Positions 48,675-59,337 are shown, numbered from the stretch's first letter. The stretch: DNA of 64,000 bases from Candidatus Bathyarchaeota archaeon (GCA_026014745.1 JAOZHS010000003.1:40137-104136); one strand, 5' to 3'. Numbers and translations are program-made. Notes: generated by a model not told the origin, from the sequence alone.

Positions 48675-49949
48675 ATGCCTACGTTCCAAACTGTCCGCGG
48701 AATGCGCGACCTCATCGGAGAAGAAGCCCAAACCTTCACCTACATCATCACAAACGCCAGACAAACCGCCTCCCTCTATGGCTTTAGAGAAGTCATCACC
48801 CCCCACGTCGAACCCCTCGAACTCTTAAGCGCCAAATCAGGCGAAGAAATCCGCCAACGCATGTTCATCTTCGAAGACCTCGGCAAACGCCAAGTAGCCC
48901 TACGCCCCGAATTCACCGCCTCCATCGCACGCCTAACCACCACCGCCCTCAAAAACGAACCCAAACCGCTACGCCTCTTCTCAGTAGGCACTGTCTATCG
49001 CTACGATGAACCCCAACGCGGCAGATACCGAGAATTCTGGCAATCAAACTTCGAAATAATGGGCTCCCCCAGACCCGAAGCAGACGCCGAAATCGTGCTC
49101 CTAACCAACAACCTGATGTCCAAGCTGGGCTTGCGGGGGTATGCGTTTAAAATCGGTCATATCGGCGTCATCCGTGGCATCCTCACCCAAGAAGGCGTGG
49201 ATGAGAAAACCCAAAACGCTGTGTTGCAGCGGATGGACAAAAAAGAATACGAAGCCGCCCAAAAGCTGCTTGAATCGCCAAAGGCGCAGCAGATGCTCCA
49301 AGGCTTAATCGCAATAAAAGGCGCAGACTGGCAAGACACCCTTAGCCAAATTAAATCCTTGGTCGCAGGCTACACGGCAGCCACAGCAGCCGCAGACAAC
49401 CTCGCCGAAATCCTAACCCTCATAACTCAAAGCACGGAACTTACCCTAACTGTAGACCCTGCGTTTGCCCGTGGACTCGAATACTACACAGGCATGATTT
49501 TTGAAGTCTACATCCCTCAACTCGAAATCGCGTTGGGCGGCGGCGGACGCTACGACAAACTTATCGAAGCCTTCGGCGGCGACCCCACCCCCGGAGTCGG
49601 ATGCGCACATGGCATCGACCGAGTCGCCATCGCATTGCAAACCCAAAACGCAGCGATAACCGATAATGCTATCAAACGTGTCGCTGTGCTTGCCATCACC
49701 GAGAACCTTAAACCTCAATCCCTAAAAATCGCCCAACAACTCCGCGCAGAAGGCTTATCCGTTGAGTTTGAGGTTATGGGTCGTAAAATGGCGAAGGCGC
49801 TTGAAGATGCGGATAAGCGGGGTGCGGACTTTGCGGTTATTGTCGGTGAGCGGGAACTCAAAGAGGGCGCGGTTATGCTAAAAGACCTTGTGGGTCGCCA
49901 GCAGAGTGTGGTGCCCATAGCTGAGTTGGCTCAAAAAATCAAAAATTAA
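48675..49949 (+). CDS. hisS: Histidine--tRNA ligase
   Basis: 'VRGMRD', 'LRPEFTAS', 'RYDEPQRGRYREFWQ', 'ARGLEYYTG', 'GGGRYD'. Confidence 0.98.
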   Translation: MPTFQTVRGMRDLIGEEAQTFTYIITNARQTASLYGFREVITPHVEPLELLSAKSGEEIRQRMFIFEDLGKRQVALRPEFTASIARLTTTALKNEPKPLRLFSVGTVYRYDEPQRGRYREFWQSNFEIMGSPRPEADAEIVLLTNNLMSKLGLRGYAFKIGHIGVIRGILTQEGVDEKTQNAVLQRMDKKEYEAAQKLLESPKAQQMLQGLIAIKGADWQDTLSQIKSLVAGYTAATAAADNLAEILTLITQSTELTLTVDPAFARGLEYYTGMIFEVYIPQLEIALGGGGRYDKLIEAFGGDPTPGVGCAHGIDRVAIALQTQNAAITDNAIKRVAVLAITENLKPQSLKIAQQLRAEGLSVEFEVMGRKMAKALEDADKRGADFAVIVGERELKEGAVMLKDLVGRQQSVVPIAELAQKIKN

Positions 49950-49993
49950 AGTAAAGAAAAATTTTTGCCCCAAAAGGGGCTTTTTGGTTGGGT

Positions 49994-51394
49994 TTAGAGT
50001 CGTTTGATGTAGCGGTTAACTTCCCATTCGGTGACTTGTAGGCGGTAGAGGTCCCATTCGTGGCGTTTCTCTTTGAGGAAGTTATCAAAGGTCACTGGAC
50101 CCAATGTTTCGCGCATTAATTCGCTGGTTTCAAGTTCATCTAGTGCTTCTTTGAGGTTCTCTGGCAGTGAGACGATTCCGCGTTGTTTGCGTTCTTCGTA
50201 GCTCATGTGGTAAACGTTTAGTTCCACTGCTTCTCCGGGATCAATCTTGTTCTTGATACCGTCTAAGCCTGCGGATAAGAGCACTGCGAACTGGAGGTAT
50301 GGGTTGCCGGCGCCGTCGGGGCAGCGGATTTCCATTCTTGCAGCGTTCTTTCTTCCGCCGAAGTTAGGAACGCGGATAAGTGGACTACGGTTTTTGTGTG
50401 CCCACGCCAAGTAGACTGGTGCTTCATAACCTGGGACTAAGCGTTTGAAGCTGTTTGGCCAACTGTTGAGCACTGCGCACATTTTTCGTCCATGTGCTAG
50501 TTGTCCACCGATGAAGTTGCGAGCAATGTCGGAGAGGTAACCGTTCTTTGCGTCTTCGGCATAGAACAAGTTCTGGGTCATTTCTTTGTTCCAGAGGCTC
50601 TGGTGAGTGTGCATGCCTGATCCGTTGATGCCTTGGAATGGTTTAGGCATGTATGTGGTGATGTAGCCTGCGCGTGCCGCGACAACTTTGCCGCACATCT
50701 TCATGGTGATTGCGCGGTCAGCGGTTTCTAGAGCTTCACCATATTTGAAGTCGATTTCGTTTTGTCCTAGTGCGACTTCGTGGTGGCTGATTTCGATATC
50801 TATGCCGAATGCTTCGGCTGTGTCTGCGATTTCGCGGCGGAGGTCGTCGGTTAAGTCTCCGGGGTGGAAGTCAAAGTAGCCTGCTAAGTCGATTGGGGTT
50901 GGTAACCCGCCTGTTTCGCTTTCTTTAACTATGAAAAACTCTAGTTCTGGTGCGCATATGAAGGTGTAATTTGCTTTGGTTGCTTTTTCGATGGCGCGTT
51001 CAAGGATGTAGCGGGGGTCACCTTCGAAGCGTTTGTTTTGTGGAGTATAAACGTCACATATTAGTCTGGCGCTGGATTTTTCTTTTGGTCTCCAGGGCAA
51101 TACTGCGAAGGTGGTTGGGTCTGGGTAGAGAACCATGTCGGACTCTTCAATTGGCCTGTAGCCAGTGATCGAGGATCCGTCGAAGGATTGTCCGTTTTCG
51201 AAGATGCTTTCCATGTTTTTGGCGCTAACTGCCAGATTCTTTAGGAAACCGTTAATGTCGGTGAATTGCAGCCTAACAAATTTTATGTCTTTTTCTTGAA
51301 TTTGTTGGATGACTTTTGTTACCTGTTCTTTCCAGGTTGGGTTTTTGAAATTTTTCATTTCTTTCCATGCCTCGCTATCATACAGGACATTCAA
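49994..51394 (-). CDS. glnA: Glutamine synthetase type I
   Basis: 'FDGSSI', 'PELEFF', 'HHEVA..QNEI', 'NGSGMHTHQS', 'RLVPGYEAP', 'NPYL'. Confidence 0.98.
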   Translation of the reverse strand: MNVLYDSEAWKEMKNFKNPTWKEQVTKVIQQIQEKDIKFVRLQFTDINGFLKNLAVSAKNMESIFENGQSFDGSSITGYRPIEESDMVLYPDPTTFAVLPWRPKEKSSARLICDVYTPQNKRFEGDPRYILERAIEKATKANYTFICAPELEFFIVKESETGGLPTPIDLAGYFDFHPGDLTDDLRREIADTAEAFGIDIEISHHEVALGQNEIDFKYGEALETADRAITMKMCGKVVAARAGYITTYMPKPFQGINGSGMHTHQSLWNKEMTQNLFYAEDAKNGYLSDIARNFIGGQLAHGRKMCAVLNSWPNSFKRLVPGYEAPVYLAWAHKNRSPLIRVPNFGGRKNAARMEIRCPDGAGNPYLQFAVLLSAGLDGIKNKIDPGEAVELNVYHMSYEERKQRGIVSLPENLKEALDELETSELMRETLGPVTFDNFLKEKRHEWDLYRLQVTEWEVNRYIKRL

Positions 51395-51441
51395 TTATTG
51401 GATAGCATTTGTGTTCGAATGTATTTAAGTTTATGTGAGAG

Positions 51442-51464
51442 TACTTATGAAAACTGCATAAGTA
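51442..51464. promoter_or_regulatory. Palindrome TACTTATG-N7-CATAAGTA just upstream of the glnA BRE/TATA
   Basis: Perfect 8-bp arms; minus-strand TATA-like CTTAAATA at ~51422-51429. Confidence 0.6.
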
Positions 51465-51857
51465 TCCACATCGTTGCTGCAGCATTGAAAATTTAAACAA
51501 AAAAAGGATAAAATTTTAAACAATAGTGCCAATCATGGCTGATTGGGAAATAAAAAAGATGTGCAAAAATGAGATTTTACCCCAGTTTTATATTCATTTG
51601 TTCAGTAGCTTCAGCACTTAATCATGTCTCCAGAGCACTATATGGGAGTGGGCTCGATGGGTGTAAAGGAAAAATTTTCACTCGCTGGGAAAAAGACGCA
51701 GCCTAACTCAATTCTTGGGTACGCTTGGCTACTTATTTGCAGTAACTTCTGACAAAGGAACATATCAAGCGGATGCTTCAAGAATGTCAGCATATTCTGG
51801 CTGTCGAAGCTATGCTTGGTGACTACGCCGCCGAGTCCTGCTTGGTTGGTATGAACC

Positions 51858-52337
51858 CTAATACATACGGCGTTCGCGGCGCAGAAAATCCCCTACATCC
51901 ACAACATTCCGCAACGCAACCTGCTCCTGAGTCGCTTCAGTTTCTAAACCGCCCAAAATTCTTCCAAAACCCAGACAATCCCCAAACTCGTTAAGAACCA
52001 ACGTAGCCTCTCCTTTACGTTTAGCGCCCATCACTTTAATGATGCCTGAGGCGAAGACGTCTCTGCCGCAGATAAACAGCCAAGCGGCTTTGCGTTCCAA
52101 AATTACCTTATTTGCGGCAGCTGGGACTAGCATATCTAGTAGGTTAAAGCTTGGGAAGAATACGCCATTTTTCATTTTGCCCAAATATAATCCTGCATAG
52201 AAGTAAACCCGTGATCCCGTATACTTTCGCAATTGGGCGTTTAGGAGGTAATATCTGTTGCCTCGCTCCACGATGGATTCGGGGTTGAGGCTGATTTTTG
52301 CCCCTAACTGTTCAGCAAACCGCAAAAGCTGCTTCAT
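51858..52337 (-). CDS. Nip7-like PUA-domain ribosome biogenesis protein
   Basis: 'AGLYLG', PUA 'LFICGRDVF..GI', 'GDCLGFG', 'DVGDFLRRE'. Confidence 0.85.
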   Translation of the reverse strand: MKQLLRFAEQLGAKISLNPESIVERGNRYYLLNAQLRKYTGSRVYFYAGLYLGKMKNGVFFPSFNLLDMLVPAAANKVILERKAAWLFICGRDVFASGIIKVMGAKRKGEATLVLNEFGDCLGFGRILGGLETEATQEQVALRNVVDVGDFLRRERRMY

Positions 52338-53257
52338 TTTTGGGTCCTCCGAAGTTTAGCTACAAAGAACCCCTGCGTTTCGCCAGGCCAAAACCGCTTA
52401 CACCGCGCGACGGTTGGGTCTAACTGTTTGCCAAACACGTTAACTAATCCCGAAGCTCCGTTGCAGATGACTTCTTCAAGTTGGACAGGGAGATTTTTGA
52501 TTGCCCAATCCATATTCAACTCGTCTTCTTCGGGCTCCAGCGAACACGTTGAATACACTAATTCCCCATCAGGGGAGAGGCAGTCAACGGCTTTTGCGAG
52601 AATTTCGCGTTGCACTCGAGCGTTGCGTTCGACGTCTGTGAGGGTGCGGTTTTTGAGCCAGTCGCGGTCAGCAGCGAAATTCCCTGAGCAGGGCGCATCG
52701 ACGAGTACGCGGTCAAATTTGGCGTTTAAGCTGGGGGCTTGGCGGGCATCAAGCTGATAAACCACAGTGTTGCTTATGTGACAGCGTTCAAGATGGTTGG
52801 ATAAGGCTGCGAGGCGCCGTTTATCCACGTCTATGGCGGTTATTATGCCTGAGTTTTCCATGGAGTCGGCGAGTTGGATGGTTTTGCCGCCGGGTGCAGC
52901 AGCCGCATCGAGTACACGTTTGCCCCTTAAGTTAGAGAAAAGCGTCACGGGAAGTTGGGCGGCGGCTTCTTGAATTGAATAATAGCCCAGAAGGTACTCA
53001 GCGGTTGCGCCGGGGGAAACCTGCGCGTCAAGTACCCAGTAGCCTTCTTTGAGCCATGAAATTTTTTGGAGATGGATCCCTATGGCTTCGAGTCTGCCGG
53101 GGATGTTTTTGCCTTTTGCGTTGGAGTTGTTGAGGCGAATAGCCTGCCGTAGTTTAACGGTTTGGGGTTTCCATCCTAATTGTTCGTAGCGACTAAAGAA
53201 GAAATCTTTGCCCGACATCAGCCATAGATTCTTTACGGGTCGATAAAAACCTTTCAA
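52334..53257 (-). CDS. RsmB/Nop2-family RNA m5C methyltransferase
   Basis: 'IQEAAAQLP', 'LDAAAAPGGKT', 'DAPCSG', 'YSTCSL..EEDE', 'GFFVAKL'. Confidence 0.94.
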   Translation of the reverse strand: MKGFYRPVKNLWLMSGKDFFFSRYEQLGWKPQTVKLRQAIRLNNSNAKGKNIPGRLEAIGIHLQKISWLKEGYWVLDAQVSPGATAEYLLGYYSIQEAAAQLPVTLFSNLRGKRVLDAAAAPGGKTIQLADSMENSGIITAIDVDKRRLAALSNHLERCHISNTVVYQLDARQAPSLNAKFDRVLVDAPCSGNFAADRDWLKNRTLTDVERNARVQREILAKAVDCLSPDGELVYSTCSLEPEEDELNMDWAIKNLPVQLEEVICNGASGLVNVFGKQLDPTVARCKRFWPGETQGFFVAKLRRTQK

Positions 53258-53344
53258 ACCGTGCGCTGACTTTTTTGGTCTGCAAGGGGGCTGGTGTGAT
53301 AAAGCCTTTTAGGGAGAAGAGGCAATCATACAACGTGACTTATA

Positions 53345-53752
53345 ATGTCAAAAATTGTCCGCGTAGGTGTAACTTTTCCTCCTGACTTGCTCCAAGACTT
53401 CGATGAGATCATCTCAAAAATGGGGTATGAAAGCCGCAGCAAAGCAATCCAAGACGCAGTGCGGCTCTACGTGTCCGAGCGGAAATGGGTAAAAGAAGAA
53501 AACTCCACCCAAACAGGCGTCATTTTAATGGTTTATGACCACGACACCCGAGGACTCGAAAGCGAATTAACCGACTCCCAACACCACCACACCGACCTCA
53601 TCTCCTCCACCATGCACATTCACCTAGGCGAACATGACTGCCTGGAAGTAATCGCTGTAAAAGGAAAAGGCTCAGAAATCCGACACCTAGCCGACGACTT
53701 AACCCGACGAAGAGGAGTAAAAATCCTCAAAACAATGATAGCAACGGTCTAA
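53345..53752 (+). CDS. nikR: Nickel-responsive regulator NikR
   Basis: RHH 'RVGVTF...GYESRSKAIQDA' + ACT domain 'HIHLGEHDCLE'. Confidence 0.9.
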   Translation: MSKIVRVGVTFPPDLLQDFDEIISKMGYESRSKAIQDAVRLYVSERKWVKEENSTQTGVILMVYDHDTRGLESELTDSQHHHTDLISSTMHIHLGEHDCLEVIAVKGKGSEIRHLADDLTRRRGVKILKTMIATV

Positions 53753-54660
53753 GCTTTTAGCTGAATCATCCGTTCCAGCGAAGTCCGCGCCTTGTCAGCC
53801 ACGTCAAGCGGGATTTCCACTACATGCTTTTCTTCTTTAAGTGAGGCGTAGAGGCGTTCAAGCGTAGTTAATTTCATGTTGGGGCAAATCGCGCCGTCAT
53901 AGGCGAGGTAGAATGCTTTTGTGGGGTTTTCTTTCTTGAGTCTATGCATAATTCCCTCTTCAGTTCCAACAATGAAGCTTTTCGCATTCGATTCCTTTGC
54001 GTAAAGACACATCTTTGAAGTGCTGCCGACGAAGTCAGCGATTTTACGCATTTCACTACTACATTCAGGATGAACCATGACAACAGCGTCAGGATGCTGC
54101 AACTTGAGGACTTTGACATCTTCAGGTTGGAACAACAGGTGCGTGGGGCAGAAACCGTTGGCGGGTATGGGAATTATTGTTTTGCCAGTTTTTTCCGCAA
54201 CAAATTCGGCAAGGTTCTTGTCGGGGCCAAACAGCACTGTATCCGCGTCAAGACTCTTTACGACTTCGACCGCGTTGGCGCTGGTGCAGCAAATGTCGCT
54301 CTCAGCCTTGCAGGCAGCCAAGGTATTAACATAGAGAACAACGGGAGCTTTGGGGTACTGTTTTTTGGCGCGTTTAATCTCGTCCACAGTTAACATTTGC
54401 GCCATGGGGCACCTTGCACCCAGACTAGGTAGAAGCACTTTTTTGTGAGGGTTCATGATGACTGCGGATTCTGCCATGAAATCAACTGCGCAAAACACAA
54501 TCATTTCCGCGTCTTTGACTGCGGCGGCTTTACGGCTCAATTCAATGCTGTCGCCGACGTAGTCTGCTAACTCTTGAATCTCGGCACGCTGATAATTGTG
54601 CGCTAAGATGATGGCTTTCTTTTCTTTTTTAAGTTCAAGGATTTTTTGGGGTAAATCCAT
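53749..54660 (-). CDS. nadA: Quinolinate synthase
   Basis: 'ILAHNYQ', 'GDSIELS', 'FMAES', 'CPMA', 'YVNT', 'CTSANA', 'HPEC'. Confidence 0.97.
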   Translation of the reverse strand: MDLPQKILELKKEKKAIILAHNYQRAEIQELADYVGDSIELSRKAAAVKDAEMIVFCAVDFMAESAVIMNPHKKVLLPSLGARCPMAQMLTVDEIKRAKKQYPKAPVVLYVNTLAACKAESDICCTSANAVEVVKSLDADTVLFGPDKNLAEFVAEKTGKTIIPIPANGFCPTHLLFQPEDVKVLKLQHPDAVVMVHPECSSEMRKIADFVGSTSKMCLYAKESNAKSFIVGTEEGIMHRLKKENPTKAFYLAYDGAICPNMKLTTLERLYASLKEEKHVVEIPLDVADKARTSLERMIQLKA

Positions 54661-54866
54661 ATTTTCGCCTTGTGCCCGCTAAAGTGAAAAAATACAAGGA
54701 AAACTAATGAAATATATTCTTTTACCTCAAATAGAGGGTCTTTAACCTTAAAAACATATAAAACAAAACCACTAAACCCCTGCGTTGGCTGTTCGCGCCC
54801 ATTTTTTGGCGGTAAACCCATTTAAATCCTCAGGGCATATAGAACTATAACACGGAGAAGCCTCCC

Positions 54867-55904
54867 ATGCCTTATAACGAATTACGAAAAGATTACTTGC
54901 TAAATCGCTGGGTCGTAATTGCCACAGAACGCGGTCGCCGACCAACCGATTTTAAACCCAAACCCAGCGCAGCCTCAAATGCTGTTTGCCCGCTTTGCGT
55001 AGGCAATGAACATATGACGCCGCCTGCCGTACTGCTCTACCTCAAAGATAACGATGGCATCAAAAAAAGCCACGACCCCCCTGAAGGCACGCGCCCCCAG
55101 AATTGGCTCCTCCGCGTCATACCCAATCTGTTCCCCGCTTTCACACCGCCTAAACAGCCCCAAGACGCCGAGCACATGGCCAAGAATGATTGCCTTTGGG
55201 ACGCAATTGGGCACCATGAAGTCATCATTGAATCACCCATCCATAACGATGGACCCGCAGAAGCGTCTCTATCCCAGTTAGAACTCGTCATAAACGCCTA
55301 TCTTGACCGTTTTCACGCCTTAGCAGCTGAACCCTACGTGAGATACATCTCGATTTTTCGCAATTTCGGCATTGAAGCAGGCGCGTCTCTTTCCCATCCG
55401 CATAGCCAAATCATCGCCACCCCGATGGTTCCCACGATTTTGCAGGCTGAATACGATGCAAGCAGAACTTACCATCAAGAGCACGGCAGCTGCATGTTCT
55501 GTGACATCATCAAACGAGAACGTAACGGTCCCCGTTGGATTACTGAAACCACAGATTTCGTGGTCTTTGCCCCCTACGCCAGCATTGGACCAATGGAATT
55601 TTGGATATTGCCTAAAAAACACGCAGCAAACATCGCTGAATTAAGCCCCGCAGAGATAGCTGCGTTTGCAGAGACCCTAAAAGATAGTCTTAAGGCTCTA
55701 AAAGAGGTAGTTTCAGATCCGCCCTACAACTATGGTATCCACCTCTCCCTTGATTCGCAGGATAAGGATAGTTATCATTGGCATCTGGAGGTTTACCCCA
55801 AGTTGGCGACTTGGGCAGGGTTTGAGAAGAGCACAGGTGTCTACATTAACACGGTGACGCCTGAAGCCGCTGCTGAAAGCCTAAAAAAAGCCATTAGCAC
55901 CTGA
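54867..55904 (+). CDS. galT: Galactose-1-phosphate uridylyltransferase (GalT/HIT family)
   Basis: 'ERGRRP', 'CPLC', 'RVIPNLFPA', 'GASLSHPHSQI', 'GFEKSTG'. Confidence 0.92.
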   Translation: MPYNELRKDYLLNRWVVIATERGRRPTDFKPKPSAASNAVCPLCVGNEHMTPPAVLLYLKDNDGIKKSHDPPEGTRPQNWLLRVIPNLFPAFTPPKQPQDAEHMAKNDCLWDAIGHHEVIIESPIHNDGPAEASLSQLELVINAYLDRFHALAAEPYVRYISIFRNFGIEAGASLSHPHSQIIATPMVPTILQAEYDASRTYHQEHGSCMFCDIIKRERNGPRWITETTDFVVFAPYASIGPMEFWILPKKHAANIAELSPAEIAAFAETLKDSLKALKEVVSDPPYNYGIHLSLDSQDKDSYHWHLEVYPKLATWAGFEKSTGVYINTVTPEAAAESLKKAIST

Positions 55905-55931
55905 GCAGGACATCCTTTGGAGGGTACCTGT

Positions 55932-56375
55932 TTATGTGTATTCTCTGAATGTGTAGCCGCATTTTACGCAGCGTATGAACTGCGTGGACGATTCGTCGCT
56001 GCCTCGTGTCTGAACCTGCCACACGTTGGCCGTGTTGTTCCCGCATTTCGGACAATCGGAGCGTATAGTAGGCAGTATGTGAAGGTCTTGTTCTTCTCGG
56101 CTTATAACGGCGACTAACTGTTTAGGGCTGTGTTCGATGACTTTTCCGTTAACTACTTCGCTGGGGTCGATTGTTTCTTGCTTTTTGCTTCCACATTTAG
56201 TGCAAGTCAAAATCAGAAGAACTTGGTCTTGGGAACGAATTTTTGTCGGTTGAAGTCGTGAACCGCATTCCGCACAAAATTCCATTCTTTTTTCCACCTC
56301 AAAATCGGCGAATCCTCGGTTAACCTTGGCGTAAACGAGCGGTTGGGGAAGAGGGGGAAACAGATAATCGTCCAC
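55932..56375 (-). CDS. tfs: Transcription factor S (likely start at ATG 56285)
   Basis: Two zinc ribbons; 'QTRGSDE' acidic hairpin. Confidence 0.93.
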   Translation of the reverse strand: MDDYLFPPLPQPLVYAKVNRGFADFEVEKRMEFCAECGSRLQPTKIRSQDQVLLILTCTKCGSKKQETIDPSEVVNGKVIEHSPKQLVAVISREEQDLHILPTIRSDCPKCGNNTANVWQVQTRGSDESSTQFIRCVKCGYTFREYT

Positions 56376-56571
56376 GTTGCAGTTAACCGTTGATTCAACT
56401 GACGCTTTGGTTGTTTATCCACAGCGTAGTTAATCCCAATAGGGCGCTTGTTTGATAAAAAACAATGTGACTGTACGAACACTACAACAAATAGCGAATA
56501 AGCGTTAACAAGATTTTTTAAAAACCAAAAAAAGGAAAGGGGAAATTGATTTTTTTTTCTCAGCTTTCAGC

Positions 56572-59337
56572 TTATGGTCGTTTTCTGAGCACTAGGATTA
56601 TTACTAATCCGATGAGTGCCATAGCGACTATAATGCCGATGACGGCTGGGACGAAGTATTGTTCAACCATTGAGGCTGGTGCTGGTGTTGGTGCTGCTGT
56701 TGCTGCGGGTGCATCGCCTACATTTATGTAGGTAGTTCCGTAGGATGAACCATATGCATTGGAACCTCCGAAGGTTGCAATGATCTGGTAGGTGCCTGGA
56801 ACTTCTGGAGTGTATGCGAATGCATAGTTGCCTGTTGCGTCGCTGGTTGTGTCGCCAATGTGGACGTAGTTGCCGTTGGGGTCAACTGTGTCTAAGCTGA
56901 CTGGTACACCGGTTGCATCTGCTGGGTATGCTTGCTGCATGAATTTGTATTCCATCCATGCTTGCATGCTTTCATCAGAGATTGCTGGTGTGCCTTTTAG
57001 TGGTTCAACTAAGACGTTGTTGGTGTCGCGTCTGCCTGTTGCTGTTTGGTCAGTGACGGTGCCTTTGAGCATTATGGTGTTGCCTAAGGTTGACACGTCG
57101 TCTGAGCATGTAACGGTGGTTGCGCTTGGGCCTCTGCCGAATGCGTAGAGTTGGTTGTCGAAGAGGTTGAGTCCTACTAGGATGCCATCAGCCATCAGGA
57201 TGTTTGATGTCGTCGGGGACATGCCGCCGAAGAATCCGAGTATCTTCCAGACTTCTTCGCCTGTGGTTGCGTCGATGCAGCGTAGGTTAGGTCCTCGCAT
57301 GAGTGGCTGTGTAGGTGAGTGTTCACCTGTGACTGTGTAAAGTCTGTTGTTGCCAACCATAACGATGCCACATGGGTAGTTACCGCCGTATGCGGATTCT
57401 GTGCCTATGCTTGTTGCATCGTACTTCCACAGTACTGCGCCGGTTTTAATGTTGTATGCAGTGATTTGGCCACCGTAGCCTGAGGTGTACATTGTGCTGT
57501 TGTAGACTTGTATGCCTGTTCCGTAGTATTGGAATTGAACTTCTGGTTCGCTAATCCATGCTTGGGTCATAGTGTCGAGGTTGTAGGCGATCCATTGGAG
57601 TGTGGTTGCTTTAGCGAAGATTACAATGTTGTCTTCAGGGTAGATGCCTGATAGAGCGACAGTTTCACGACCTGCTGATGATGGTGGTGTGAATTCTTTG
57701 CGGTAGATTACTTGACCGATTTCTCCAGGTTTGAGGCTGATTTTTTCTATGTAGCCAGGAACTATGCCTGCTTCGTTGTTTATGCCGTTGGCTTCAACCA
57801 GAAGGTAATCATCTTGGCGTACTGCCACGATGCTGCCTGTTTGGTTGGAGATTGAGTTGCGTGGGCCTTGTAAGACGTTGCTGGGTAGTGAAACGTTTGC
57901 TGAGAAGAATAGGCTGCCATCATGTACGTTGTTGTAGTCCATTGCAGCGCTTAAAGTGAACATGCCTGTGCCGAAGTATGGGTCAGATGCGCCGAAGTCT
58001 CCGCCTGCTGGTCTCCATTGCCAGTAGCCAGTTCCGTTCTGGCATGCAACCATGGTTCCAGCGGAAGAGTTCCAGATTTGCAAGTAGGGTGCACCGTTAA
58101 CAGATGCAATGTTGTATCTTAGTATGCTTCCGTCGAGTCCATAGACTGGTATGCCGCCTGAACTAACGTTTGCAATGTAGCAGACTGTTTTTCCTGTGTA
58201 GCCATCAAGCATTTCCCAAAGGGTGCCAGTTTTTATTGAGGAGCTGCTTACTGTTTCGGGTCCTGCGGTTCTTATTACTGCGCCATCAGGCATAAGTTTT
58301 GCATGAGCAATCTTTACTTGGCTTGGTAATTGTACGCCAGAAGTTCTCCACAAGTAACTAAAGCCACCGTGTTGGTTAGGTGATTCGTAGTTATAGATTT
58401 GGCCTTGTGAAGGTGCAGTTTGGTTATAGTCGAGTCTTAGGATTTCACCAGTGTATAAGTCTAATGTTTCCCATCCTTGTGTTCCGTGTGCTGTTATGCG
58501 TGGCGAGAAGTGTAGTTGACCGTTAAGGACAACACCTGAGAAGCTGAGACCTTGGTAGTGTGCGGTTTGGAAGCCAGTGCCGCCATCACGTTCATCCATT
58601 AGACCTCCAGCATAATACTGGTTTGTCCAGAGGATGTGTGCTGTGTCGGTAGTTTGACCCCATGCATAGTTGGTAGTGACTGATGCGCTGCCTGGACCGA
58701 ACATTGCAGCTGCACCACAGCCTGTGCCGACTGGGTAATAGTTAGCTGCGCTGCCTAGCCAGCTGCCTGCCAAGACAAACCATTCTCGGTTGGCACTGTT
58801 TAAGGGGCGAGTCCACCAGTCAGTAGTGAGTGGTGTTTCTATCCAGTTGGGTGTTGCTTCTTGTTGGACGGTGAGGTTCACTGGTTGGCTCCATGCGGGT
58901 TGCCAGTAGGTGTGTGCAGCGGTTGTGTTCTTCCATTCGCCTGGGAAGTAAACCTGTATCATGTATTCGCCGACTGCATCAGGGGTATATCCGATGTAGG
59001 TTGCGCCGACGGGGTCGGTGCGTGGCAAGGTTTTGGTTTCGTTTGTACCGTCAGGTTTCACGATGTTGACGGTCATGAGGTTGTTCCATGCGGCGCGGCC
59101 GTTAGGTGCAGAAACTGTTCCTGCAGTTTCGCCAACGTCCGTGGGCATGTCTGCTGTCCAGGCTACAATGAGTGTCTCTTGTCCGAGACCAATAGTGTGT
59201 GGTGAGACGCCGACGTAGAGAAATGACCTGTTGGATGCTTCTGTTGCTGCACTAGCTGCGGGTAAGCTAATTGCTAGTGGAGCGGCCATTGATGTCAACA
59301 GCAATAACGCTAACAATATAGTGGTGTTCTTTTTCAT
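56572..59337 (-). CDS. Large secreted PQQ-like beta-propeller protein with C-terminal TM anchor
   Basis: Signal peptide, 'AYNIKTGAVLWKY' and 'CIDATTGEEVWKI' repeats, C-terminal TM + RKRP. Confidence 0.88.
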   Translation of the reverse strand: MKKNTTILLALLLLTSMAAPLAISLPAASAATEASNRSFLYVGVSPHTIGLGQETLIVAWTADMPTDVGETAGTVSAPNGRAAWNNLMTVNIVKPDGTNETKTLPRTDPVGATYIGYTPDAVGEYMIQVYFPGEWKNTTAAHTYWQPAWSQPVNLTVQQEATPNWIETPLTTDWWTRPLNSANREWFVLAGSWLGSAANYYPVGTGCGAAAMFGPGSASVTTNYAWGQTTDTAHILWTNQYYAGGLMDERDGGTGFQTAHYQGLSFSGVVLNGQLHFSPRITAHGTQGWETLDLYTGEILRLDYNQTAPSQGQIYNYESPNQHGGFSYLWRTSGVQLPSQVKIAHAKLMPDGAVIRTAGPETVSSSSIKTGTLWEMLDGYTGKTVCYIANVSSGGIPVYGLDGSILRYNIASVNGAPYLQIWNSSAGTMVACQNGTGYWQWRPAGGDFGASDPYFGTGMFTLSAAMDYNNVHDGSLFFSANVSLPSNVLQGPRNSISNQTGSIVAVRQDDYLLVEANGINNEAGIVPGYIEKISLKPGEIGQVIYRKEFTPPSSAGRETVALSGIYPEDNIVIFAKATTLQWIAYNLDTMTQAWISEPEVQFQYYGTGIQVYNSTMYTSGYGGQITAYNIKTGAVLWKYDATSIGTESAYGGNYPCGIVMVGNNRLYTVTGEHSPTQPLMRGPNLRCIDATTGEEVWKILGFFGGMSPTTSNILMADGILVGLNLFDNQLYAFGRGPSATTVTCSDDVSTLGNTIMLKGTVTDQTATGRRDTNNVLVEPLKGTPAISDESMQAWMEYKFMQQAYPADATGVPVSLDTVDPNGNYVHIGDTTSDATGNYAFAYTPEVPGTYQIIATFGGSNAYGSSYGTTYINVGDAPAATAAPTPAPASMVEQYFVPAVIGIIVAMALIGLVIILVLRKRP

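Noticed and set aside
51600-51860. Small ORFs between glnA and the Nip7-like gene
   Set aside because: Open frames of 40-75 codons on both strands but no motif, RBS or compositional support
53294-53331. NikR operator GTGTGA...TCATAC
   Set aside because: Spacer is 26 bp, not the ~16 bp of characterised NikR sites, and one arm is imperfect
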